64,000 nt of DNA from Bugula neritina. Lineage: Eukaryota; Animalia; Bryozoa. The position numbers and the translations under genes were made by a program. Positions 27,801 through 38,571 of this stretch are shown here, piece after piece. The notes beneath the pieces are model-generated. The model made no database searches. It worked only from the letters and a program-made list of their open reading frames with translations, and was not told the DNA's origin. Numbering within the stretch: the first letter of the stretch is position 1; each line of letters starts with the position of its first letter. The stretch spans positions 6,232,741 to 6,296,740 of the forward strand of contig OZ037768.1 of NCBI GenBank assembly GCA_964035545.1. Reading direction: 5' to 3'.

Positions 27801-30361
27801 CTTTTAACACATTTTCAACTGATTTCTAGTTGAACGAAAGTTTATCAATCAAGTACTGTCTGTTAATAGGTTGATGTGTTCTGTGTTTGTAGAGTGTTCT
27901 GAAGAAGGTGACCGGAGAAGACGCTCTTCAAATCGCCGACCTGATCATGCAAGCGCTGCTGCAGATGCTGCACTCGTCTAGCAACAGCGGCGGCAGCACC
28001 TCTCAGACTAGTAGCGGTGGTGTTCAGGAAGATGCCATGCTGGCCATATCAGCTATGATAGAGAAACTAGGGGCTCACTTTGTCAAATACATGGAAGTGT
28101 TCAAACCAATCCTCATCCAGTCCCTTAACAACTCTGCTGAATACCAGGTATTGGAGTTGTTATGTACTTCCCGTGTTGGTGTGAAGCAGCTTAGTGGCTG
28201 AGGCCCAGTTTGAGGTCCCTTAATCTCATCCCGGCATTCGTGTTGCCAGGAGAAACTTATTGCTGCTCCTAAAAATTCTACTATCCACAAAATCTCCAAT
28301 TTAGCGGTAAACACAGTTTGAGAGTGTGCTGTAAAACATTGTGTATATTCTCTCCAAAACCTGTCATCAAAGGTTACATTGTTGAGGTTATGGTTTTACT
28401 TTATCTCTTCTATACGAAGCGTTGACATTAGCATCACTTGCTTAATTCCTAAAACTCCAAGTTTTACTATTCTCACCTCACCCAGTATATTCACTGATGA
28501 GTTAGCTAATTGAGCCAGTCTGGTACTGCATGCTATACACTGTGTGTGTATGCAGTAGCAGACCTACCTGCTCTCTTGGTGTTAGTTCAGTGATAGAATA
28601 AACAGAGTAAAGAGTAGGCAGGAGATTCTCTTGTTCTAAGTGACTCCTTCCCGCTCATTGCTTGTCAACTTCTTATTGAGTTGATGTCAGCCCTGTGCTA
28701 CACGCAGCATTCTTATTGGCTGATCTCATAGTTGTAAGAAGTACACGACCTTCAGTTGTCCTTGACAGCTAATGACATCTCTTATATATGCAAAGTATTT
28801 CATAGTAAACTGTTTTGTAGGTGTGTTTTGTTGCCGTCAACTGTGTTGGTGACTTATGCAGAGGGCTAGGGTTGCAGATGAGAGAGCATGTGAATGACCT
28901 CATGCCCATTCTACTCAAAATACTCGGGGTAAGTTTCCACTCCTGTGTTACCAGGCAATGCTTTACTCACCAGATAGTCAGCTGGGACGGTAAATCACCG
29001 TGTCAGTGTTACTCTGGTGACAGAATAATATGAGAATGCTGGACACTGACTCTGTGCTTGTTTTAAGCATGTCAGTGTCTGGCTTTCTATATGCGCCTCT
29101 GAGAGTTGGCTTAGGCCCAGTGCCTCTGCCATAGTTTTGAGGTGTACAGGTTATTCCGCTATACAGTAATATGTAAGTAAGGACAGTATTGTCCTGTAAC
29201 AGCTGATGCGCTGTAAGATTCTACGTTCTTCACCTTCACACAGGATGACAAAGTTGACAGAACAGTGAAGCCAGGAGTACTGAGTGTGTTTGGAGACATC
29301 GCACTCGCCATTGGCTCCGAGTTCGCTGCCTACCTGCCCATTGCTGTCTCCACTTTAGAGCAAGCATCTAACGTCACAGCTCCTAAGGTTGGTTCTATAT
29401 GCCTGTGGTAACACTTACTGCTCTTTCCTGCTTGTCTATACTGTGTATACACAGAGAATATCTACACTGCATAGTTATATACTCTTATTGCCTGTTTGCA
29501 GGGAGACTATGATATGATAGACTATGTGAATGAGCTCAGAGAAAACTGTCTGGAGGCCTACACGGGTATAGTTCAGGGTCTCAAAGGTGAAAATGGCTCT
29601 CAATGTGCGTTCTTAACGTTTGCCTGTTCTTTTTCTAAACTGAAACGTTCTTCTGTTTGTGTTTGTTTCTACAATGTTACATCTGTTCAGTGTTTTGTTG
29701 AACAGACACTACATGTATTACTATACAGCTGTCACATTGTACATATATTGCTATACAACTGTCACATTGTACATATATTACTATAAGGCAGTCGTGTGTA
29801 TATTTCAACAGCTAATGTGGAGCTGCTCCTACCTCATGCTCAAAAAGTTGTCAGCTTCATAGAAGCCGTCTCTGCTGACGTAGAGAGAACCGACGGTGTG
29901 ACGTGCGCTGCCTGTGGTCTCATTGGGTAGGTGATGACTAATCTGTTTCTGTGTTTAGTTTTCTATTCAGTCGAGTAGAGATTAGATCGTGATGTTGGTA
30001 TCATCTGGTGGTTCTCCCCTCTGATTAACTTGGCTTATGCTCACCAATGCTTTTGTAGCTGTACACCTGTCTTATGTCATGAAATTGGCTGAATATTTTG
30101 TGGAAAAGAATTTGTGTTGTGTAAACTTGGTGCATTTTTAATGATCAATTTCAGCAAATGTTTGAAAATGAAATGGAAATAATTGTGGTGAATATTTACA
30201 GAGACCTGGCGATGGCGTTTGGTGCGCAGGCCATACCTATGAGTGAGAAAGATTCCATCACAGCTCTGCTCACCGCCGGCAGACGCTCTAAAAATAGTAA
30301 AACTAAGACTCTGGCTGTGTGGGCCACCAAAGAGCTGAGGAAACTGAAACCAGCCAGCTGA
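21837..30361 (+). CDS. KPNB1: Importin subunit beta-1 (karyopherin beta 1), ~18 exons
   Basis: First exon 21837-21885 [16 protein letters not shown], then [12 protein letters not shown].., [183 protein letters not shown], and [13 protein letters not shown] before TGA at 30361. All are characteristic importin-beta motifs. Confidence 0.97.
26420..26601 (+). ncRNA. Candidate intronic H/ACA-type RNA with U17/snR30-like motifs
   Basis: Stem ATAGTCA/TGACTGT closes an internal loop with CCATTCCTG and AAACTAT (cf. U17 m1 AUAUUCCUA, m2 AAACCAU). There is an upstream hairpin containing ATGTACAAGTC and an ACA at 26596. No clean H box, and the ACA is not at the canonical distance from m2. Confidence 0.3.
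26980..27238 (+). ncRNA. SNORA74: U19/SNORA74-like three-hairpin H/ACA snoRNA, long variant, copy 1 (KPNB1 intron)
   Basis: Hairpin 1 has pockets GAGTTA / GTTAG, then box H AGAATA (27085-27090), a middle hairpin GAGTGGGCAGGAG...CTCCTTCCCGCTC, and a 3' hairpin ACTTCTTAT...GTAAGAAGT with pockets GAGT / TAGTTGT followed by ACA at 27233. The pockets pair (with G-U) to 28S helix 69 GUAACUAUGACUCUC. Confidence 0.7.
28490..28748 (+). ncRNA. SNORA74: U19/SNORA74-like H/ACA snoRNA, long variant, copy 2 (KPNB1 intron)
   Basis: Near-identical duplicate (about 5 substitutions over ~285 bp, offset +1510) of 26969-27253, with the same H box, ACA and guide pockets. Confidence 0.7.
28967..29151 (+). ncRNA. 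SNORA74: U19/SNORA74 H/ACA snoRNA, compact canonical form (KPNB1 intron)
   Basis: CACCAGA-TAGTCAGCT...AGTGTTAC-TCTGGTG, box H AGAATA (29022-29027), a middle hairpin, then GCGCCTCTGAGAGT...TAGTTTTGAGGTGT and ACA (29146). Pockets AGTCA/GTTAC and GAGAGT/TAGTT are perfect guides for the two helix-69 uridines in GUAAC-U-A-U-GACUCUC, the known U19 targets. Confidence 0.85.
29712..29788 (+). repeat. Short tandem repeat (~30-nt unit ctatacarctgtcacattgtacatatattr) in a KPNB1 intron
   Basis: About 2.5 copies visible. Confidence 0.75.
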
Positions 30362-33010
30362 GTGAGTTCTGTCTTCAGCTTCTGCTGTACTCTGTGTCTA
30401 TCTACAGTTACACCATATGAAGGGAAATAACTCCCATCTGAAAATATAGTTTTACAATCGTTCAAGTTTATTTTTGATAATTAGTTTTCTTTTCCTAAAT
30501 TATTTTAAATTCAGTCTCAAACTTTCCTGTTATTTTGTGTTTGAAAAAACAATTGGCTGTTATTATTTCTATGAAAAAGTTACAAGATTTCAGTCTAGAA
30601 AAGGTTTGTGTATAAATAGAATTTCCTTTTTCAAAACTTGTGGGAGAGTCATACAGTAATAGATAATTATCTTCATCTTCTCCTCATGTTAGGTTTTTAT
30701 ACATAAATAGTGTAATTTCCGCTACGGCTTGTGATATCCTTAAAGTAGAGTTTTTGTGAGAATAGCGAAAACGTTTTAAAATAATAATGATGCCGATACC
30801 GACAAAATATTTATATTGTAGTGTTTATCACAAGTTTACTTGCCTGAACTGGCATTTACACATAATTTTGTGTTCCGAATAAAATGTTTACCAGGACTTC
30901 AGCAAATAAGTTGCTCTACGCTACGTCTATACGTGTTGCCTCTTTATATGCAGGACTAACGCTGACACAAAAGATGTCTGTAGAAGTTCCATGCCAGTGC
31001 TGACAGCTGACTGAGTGAATGACTGAGAACAAGAGTGACTGCTATCCATGACATGCACCCGCTCTTCACCTGCATCTGCTCACCTACATTCTCATTGGCT
31101 TAGCCCGCCTTCCTCGTGCAACTACCCGACTCTTCTATAATCTAGGACACATTTATATCTCAAACAGCCACTGCCCACTGTTTAATGCAGCCCGAAATAA
31201 AATGACTCGTACTTTGCTGACTTGGTGCTGACCTAACGCCGGGCTGTGCTGCCAGTTTATTACAATCGTTGATTTGTACGGAGGGTATCTAATATTGATA
31301 TTGTGCATAGATATTTCCCGGCCTATTCCTGCCATTATTTTTTGTCCCTTTACTCAATCTTCTCGTTGGCTATTTCAGCATTTCCTTAGTGAATATTTCT
31401 TTATTCTACGAATCTTCACAATTGCGCCATTTCTACATTTTTTCATGTCTCTAAGATATTTTCATCTAATTGTGAAATTGCGAGTTATGAACCTGTTTTT
31501 AGTTTAGTTATTTTTCTGACAGACATCATTGTTGAATGCTAGAATTTTATTACCAAAATATACTGTTCCTAAGTTGTATAATATTTGTATTTGAATGCCT
31601 GGATTTTTATTTGACATATCAGCAGACTACCAAAATGCATTACTGACCTTGTTTTCCTCTACCAAATTGCACCCTGCATATGTATTGACTTTTTAACTCA
31701 TTTTCTTCTGCTTCCGACATAGAAAGTGGTGTGAGTAGTAGGTTTAATATACAATAAAGTTTTCTTCAATTGCTTCATGTTGTGTTACATGTTTTTGCTA
31801 TCTGCAATATTCATACACTGTACATGTTTGGATTTCGAGAGGTCAAACTACTTCAATGAAGACGCACCTGAATATATGCGAACCGCAGAGATTGTGGTGA
31901 TGCACAAGAAATATTTATCTCGTGTAGATGGGTAAACTGAACATTTGGAATTTTATCAATAGATTTTGTGGAGTTTTCTGCCTCTGACACAAGGTAAAGC
32001 TCTCGGCTGGGTAAGTAGGCTAAATGCTGCTGTTGGTCGCACATTATTGCTCAAGCCAGTTGACCATTCTAAATGTAATAAATGAAAAAAGTGATACTTT
32101 GTAAGTGATTGGCCTTAAAACCAGGTTGACCAGAAAGTAAGATCTAGTATTTTCGCTGCAATATATTATATTCTTTTATTTGGTAAGTCTCAAGTTTGTA
32201 AGAAAATGTGGCATTGCAGTCAGTTCAGCTGCAGCATAAGGAGTTGTCTGTAAAATAAATCTAGCAGTGACACTTGATACTCCCTCATGGGCTTAACTTT
32301 AATAGTTCTAATAAACAATGTGTTGGATTTGGTTCAAATAAATGGCAAATTTTAAACAAACAAGTGTCGGCAAAAATACTTTGCCGGAATTGAACAGCTT
32401 AACTATATGTATATGTACTATGGCTTGTTAAATATTTTATTTTATATCTTGATGGATGAAGTGAACATTGAATTAAAATTGTAGCGGGTTTGAAGTTTAA
32501 ATGCACCTTTAGAGCTCATTGCTTGTATCTTGCAATAAAATTCATTGACCTCAACCAACAGGAATTCAAATAGTTAAACTTGATTCAATATGATATTGTG
32601 CCAAGTGTGTATGCTACTGTGCTATACATGGTTGTGAAGGCCCTATATTAAAGGATTTCTTGCAATTGAGCGATTAAATTCATTTTCCAGTTTTCTGCTT
32701 CCATCAAAAATACAACTCCTAATTATAGATATGCTTTGATTTATTAAATAATTTATAAATACATTTTAGGAAAACCTTTTAATCAAAGTATAAAGTTCTC
32801 ACAATAAGTCATAACTTATCACACCATAACTATCCAAGAAGACCAACATGTCATAAACCTTTTTTAATGCTTTCTTCATAAATGCATGAACTTTCAGAAA
32901 GCCTGTTCAAATGGTCACTGCAGCTATATAAATGATCACTAATAAATATTGTTATTATCAAATATAATAAGATTTACGGAATGAGCTTCTCTAATAATGC
33001 TGAGATTTGT

Positions 33011-34247
33011 TCAGGCAGCTTTCTTCTGGTCATAAGTTCCCCTCTCCGTGTACCCTTGAACATAGCCATCTTTAGCATTCACTTCCTCTCTTCCAGCTAT
33101 TCCCATACCTTTGCCATCTTTGTCAAACCTCTCCTTGTGAGTGCCAGTGTACTTGCTTGTATCTGTCATTCTGCTTACCACGCCTCCTTTCACAGCAGCC
33201 TAAGAGTATTCCAACATGATGGTGAACATCTGTGTGAAATTGGTAATAAAATTGCTTTATTTAATACCAAAATCAAAGCAAAGAAAGTGCAAGAAAGTAG
33301 CTACAAGCCACAAAAGTAGCAGATACAGGCTATATCTGCTACTTTTGTAGCTTTTTTGAGCTACTCATATAGGTATTAAACCAACCGTTGTTTTATGCAG
33401 GGTGGGGTCACACACGGTGATTACATCTTCCATGGCGTTATATGCAGATTCTGGGCTAGCTAAGCCTTTATCCGCTTGGTATTTGCTTGCCACTGTTTTC
33501 AGGAACTCTTTGAACTGACTGAAGGTAATCTCTCTACAAACAGCTTGAACATGTGACTTACGAAATAAAAATTAGAGATTTTATTCCTTAATACTTAGAC
33601 TAATTGTCACAGGCAAAAATATTTATGGTATGTACATATATATTATCTATATAGTCATATAACTGTAAGTATAAACCTCAATCAATGAAAGTCAACATAA
33701 ATGACCAAACAGTTCACTGGTTAGCATTGCCACACCTGACAGAGTATATTGGAATATTCTAAGCGGTCTGTGCGCTATTTTTAAAGCAATTAGCCAGTAA
33801 AGTATAAGAAGGCATAATATTTATTTCAATGGACCTACTGCATGAATACCTGAACTTGGGTCCGATCCTTGTCGGAAATTCTGTAACAGCTATTTTTATA
33901 ATTCTAATATTCAAATAATAAAAAACTGCTTTGGGATCATTTGTACTATTTTACTTTTAAGTTATCACTATAGAATATAGACAATGCTTTTGAAGTATTA
34001 TATGCATAGAAGACAAGCGACCATCTTACTTTTTTCCTCGTTCTTTTACCGTATTAAAAGCAATATCAGTGTCAACAGTAGTCAACTTTTTCCCATACAG
34101 TTTGCAGTCCTTAAACATCTTGGTGAGATTTTTGTCAGTTAGAGTCTTCTTCTCCACTTTTCCATGATTTCCAAAGTTACAGAACTTTAAAAACTGGGTG
34201 TTTAAAGAGTTGCGTGGAGCAGTACTTGGTGTTGAACCTTCTGCCAT
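33011..34247 (-). CDS. TPPP: Tubulin polymerization-promoting protein (TPPP/p25alpha family), 3 coding exons
   Basis: Exons ~34247-34030, 33532-33387, 33199-33011: MAEGSTP...FLKFCNFG..LTDKNLTKMFKDCKLYGKKLTTVDTDIAFNTVK/EITFSQFKEFL.../GGVVSRMTDTSKYTGTHKERFDKDGKGMGIAGREE..GYVQGY..GTYDQK*. This carries the p25alpha signature TDxSKYTGxHKERF and GxGxGxxGR. Confidence 0.95.
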
Positions 34248-36844
34248 GTTGCTGCTCCCTGAACAAACAAAGCAGAACATGTTACATCATAAATTTCATA
34301 AAAAGAACTAAAGTATACAATATTATTTATTAGTTATATATGGAAACTCAAGACAAGGTGCTCTTTTTTAAGCAGGTTTCTGTTAAATTCTTAGTATTTA
34401 AAACAGGCTGAAAATGCTTATAAATTAGAGATCTTAAAATATAAAAATTCGCCAGTTGGTTAAAACTTGTAAAACAAAAGTTGAATAAAATTTTTTGTCA
34501 AGTCAGTTATAAAAAAAGAATTTCTATTTTATAGCAACTGTCCCATCTTATATCAATATACTACGCAATATTATATCAATAATACAATTATCTGAATTCT
34601 AGTACTGCAACTTGTTTTCCCCAGGCAATAATATTATATGTAAATACTGGTATTCCTGCAATGCATGTATATACATGATGCATGCATTATCTGCATGAGA
34701 AAAAGATATAGCAGTATTATACTTGCCCTCTAGCTTTATTGATTTTATGCCACTCCACAATTATATTACCGTTATACAATGCTGATTAGGTCAGTTATCT
34801 TCTATTTTAAGAAACAATTGCTTAATAATTTAATTTTGGTCTTATATTATGCAGTCAGCATTATACACAGGGTGAGGTACTTTGTGACAGCAACTGCTTT
34901 GACTTTTGTGAATTGTTTATGTGATGAAGGATGATGCCATTTGAAACAAATACTGCTCGAGGTGAAGCAGTTTATTGAAGTCATCAAACTTTTATCTAAT
35001 TTTAGGTCAAAAGTAAGTTTTATAAATACACAAAATACAGCAGCAGTTTTATAAGTACACTCACGCACACACAGGCACACACTGGTTAGTTCAAAAGGCA
35101 AGCCTATTATAAACACTCATTTATTGGCATGATTGGCATGATGTCTAATTTGCAAGTTTCTTAACGAAAAACCGAAATCCACAACAAAGAACAAATAGGA
35201 AGGAAACAAGAAAGAAAAATTGCCTGTATATAATGAGCACTAGCCCCAATATAGTGGCAACTGTAATTTTATTATGCTGCACTTAGAGGTTGATCAACGC
35301 AGTGTTTTATACCAGTAGCTTATAAGAAACACTCAGTTTCGAGCATTTATCATGTTACATATGAAATTCCATCACCCATGTGGAATTTTATATAATATTG
35401 TATGGGTAGTGGCTCTTATACTAGAATACAGTGTGTAGGCTTACTATAACTGATAGTTTCTCTGTTTGCCCTTAGAATATGTGTGATGACTTATATAGAA
35501 CTAAGCTAACTGCAGTTAGCTTAACAACATATAAGAGCACCATTTAGTTTAGGTGCCTCAACCTCTACCACATTTACATTGTTTCCCCTTAGGACTGATT
35601 TCCTCAGTAACCTGTGCCAATTCCACACATAGCCATTGTAGCCAGTAACCTAATTTTGTTAATCACACTTACACTGATCAGTTTGTGCAGTTTTATTCTA
35701 CTTAACTAATTACGCAGCTATTAAAAATTGGCAATTTTGAAACTCTTCTATTACATGCAAGAATACATTGGAATGAAAAGAGGGCAGCACTTTGATAGAT
35801 TCAACTGAAGTAGTCTCTCTAAATCGAACCTAACCTTATTTGCTTCAAAATCAGAGTTTCAAAAGAAAAGCATATTTTTGTTCGTAGAATCAAATAACCT
35901 GTAGGTAACAGCCACGCAGGTACCAAAAAATCAATTATAGATTCTTAGTTTATAGATTTATGATGATTCCACATTTATGCCAGCCTTTAATTAAAGCTAT
36001 AGTAATGTGTAATAAAACTAGTAGTTATATTATTGGCGCACCTTTGTCTAAATTGTAGATACTGTCTTCTGGTGCTGAGTTCAATTAGCAAGCTAATATT
36101 ACTTTAGCTGTAGCTGATGAGAGCTCCTGTTAGCCACTGCTCCACTCTAAATAAAACACGCATCATAATGTGAGGCATATGAACAGTTGCAACAGATAAT
36201 AAAAAGTCAATATTTGACCTCACTGACCTTTCATACCCTAGCTTTGCTCCAATTACTCATTAGTTCTAACTTATTTGCCAAGATCTTAGTTATTAATTAT
36301 GATATTTATAACATAGGAAACGGTTCAATATGATTCCACTGATATCTGTTGCTGTTTTTTCCTGTTAAAGTATGCAACTATATGTAGGCTACCATGTCTA
36401 GTGTTGTTGCAGACCTACAGAATTTTGTTTGTGATAGAGAAGTGTATAACTTCTAGGAGCATAAAAAGTTCTTCTGGGAATATACTTCTGCCTACACAAA
36501 GATTTTGCAGTTCTTCACAAGTAGCATCTTTCGGGGTGTTGAGCCTATCATTGAAGCCAGCTATCTTTCTGGCCATGTCCCGAAAATGACATTCTACTTT
36601 TGGTAGCAAATGGCAAGATTATCATTTTCATTGGCCATTTTTACATGACAATTGGCTCAAATAAAAATGCTTGTTTAATTTATGACAGTGATTTTCAAGA
36701 ATCAACTGACACGAGATACATCTTTCAACTAGTACAGAACAGCAATGTTCTTACCTCCTAGCTATTGTTACTATTATCGCGCCAGGAAATTTTGTCGTTG
36801 CTTATATATAATAGGGGAATTTTGAGTACTTTATATTTATTATT

Positions 36845-37007
36845 AGGGGATAGCGCGAACGCAGTCCCCCACTACCAAAAATTACGCACCCGAGTTATCC
36901 ACATTTGGGATAATCGCAGGCGTCAACCAAACCGAAGTGCAATGGTAAGGCCTCTTCCTGGGGGATCCGCCTTCTTGATCGCGGATGCCCCTGTGCCAGG
37001 TAAGTAT
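36845..37007 (-). ncRNA. RNU1: U1 spliceosomal snRNA
   Basis: Reverse strand: ATACTTACCTGG 5' end, GATCAAGAAG U1-70K loop, ATTGCACT U1A loop, Sm site AATTTTTGG, terminal hairpin GGGGACTGCGTTCGCGCTATCCCC; ~163 nt. Confidence 0.98.
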
Positions 37008-37049
37008 GAGTTGGTTAACTGTGGCTGTCGATCATATAAACCGATTTAA

Positions 37050-37070
37050 TAAACTAAAACGGTGTGATAA
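37050..37070 (-). promoter_or_regulatory. Putative PSE of the U1 gene
   Basis: TTATCACACCGTTTTAGTTT at about -63 to -44, the usual PSE position, loosely resembling TCACC-type PSEs. Confidence 0.45.
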
Positions 37071-38571
37071 TTATATATTGCAATTTCATAATATAATTTA
37101 ACAAAACTTTAAGTGTTATCATTTGAGAAAAATAAAAAAATATTATTATTTTTAAATAAAAATAAAATTATAAATTGTAATAATGTTTATTATCTACAAA
37201 AACTAATATTTGATTAAGTCATGTGGAGACAAGTCTAAAGTTTTAGCACAATGTCCTACTATAATATCTATATAAAAATATAGCAAGCTATATGAACTGC
37301 TACGAGCTCGCCGTTTTTCTCACACTATAATATGATCAATATCTAAAATATTTGTAAATTGCAATTTTAGGATTTTAGCTACTAATTATGTTTTAAATAA
37401 CCAACTACTTATGTTAATTGATACAAACTATTTCAAAAAATGTTTGAAATATAATATTTAAATGTATTTTGCATGCACACTGAGCTTTGGTAATATCATA
37501 AATTGTTATATTTAATATATCATTATTATTATTTGTATTATGGAGATATAAGTTATTTTATATTACTTATATTGTGAAATGTCTATGAGGCTAAAAAAAA
37601 TTCTGTAACATTTCACACTAATATTTATAAAACCACATTTACAGTAGGTTTTCTAGCCCAACTTCATTTTTCAGTTAAACTTCTGAAATTATTTGCTAGA
37701 CTAAACTATTTTTAGTTGATATTGATAGGCCTGCAGGCAAGAGATTGTAAGGTACAGAGTATGTAGTGTCTTACCACAATTTAAATAAACTAGAGTCTTT
37801 ACAGATGTATCAACTCTATAGAAAATTTAATAGAATTTAGAAACACTAATATTTTTACCTGAGATAGTTTGAAAAATATATTTTGAGTTGTGCTGTATTA
37901 CAAGTTTTGCATGGTGCAGTGTGCAACTAAATAACATAATATAAAATAACTTGCATTCAGTATAAACTGTAAACTTGTATTATTCTAGGCTGCCCTGTCC
38001 ATAAATAAAGAATATTTGTGGATTTTTTATATAAATGGGATTCATTGCAACTTTTGCAGACTCTTTGCACGCATTACTAAGTTGTGGCGAACTCCAGCTT
38101 GGTGCTAATGTATTGCAGCTGGAGCTATTAACAGGCATTGTATTTAATTGTTAGCTTATAGTTTGCAATACAGTATTGGGGAAATTTTAGTATATATTTC
38201 CAACATAAGAGAGAACTAAGAAAAGATTGGATACAAAAAGTTGTAATAAAATACATATTGGAGCCGACTGAAGAAATTTATGCCATATATTTATTTTCGG
38301 TATAAATTATGCACAAAACTAGTATTTGAGAACAAATACATATACATACATGTTACCCCTGTAGCATTTCAGTGAGAATGGTATGCACAGATTATGTTTT
38401 AAATTAGATATCAAATAATGACATGATATAATATAAAGTATGTGCAATTTCCCCATATTATGTTATATATGAAGAACACAAGAGGCAAGAATAATTGAGT
38501 AGGCAACTTCATAGGTACAATATGTAGTTTGAGATGAAACCTCCTATAATACAGCTGCATGTGTGGGAGGG

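Noticed and set aside
26969-28763. Duplicated 285-bp element read as a transposon or telomerase RNA
   Set aside because: No TIR or TSD and no CUAACCCU template; the H box, ACA and helix-69 guide pockets explain it as U19-like.
31185-31250. GCAGCCCG/CGGGCTGT stem as a SECIS for the KPNB1 TGA
   Set aside because: Lacks the AUGA/GA quartet with apical AA, and the TGA falls at the normal importin-beta C-terminus.
31800-32044. Possible small exons between KPNB1 and TPPP
   Set aside because: Could not be joined into a consistent reading frame; no motif.
36415-36609. 64-aa minus-strand ORF upstream of TPPP
   Set aside because: No homology recognised and no in-frame link to TPPP.
36765-37049. 94-aa plus-strand ORF
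   Set aside because: Antisense to the U1 snRNA gene.
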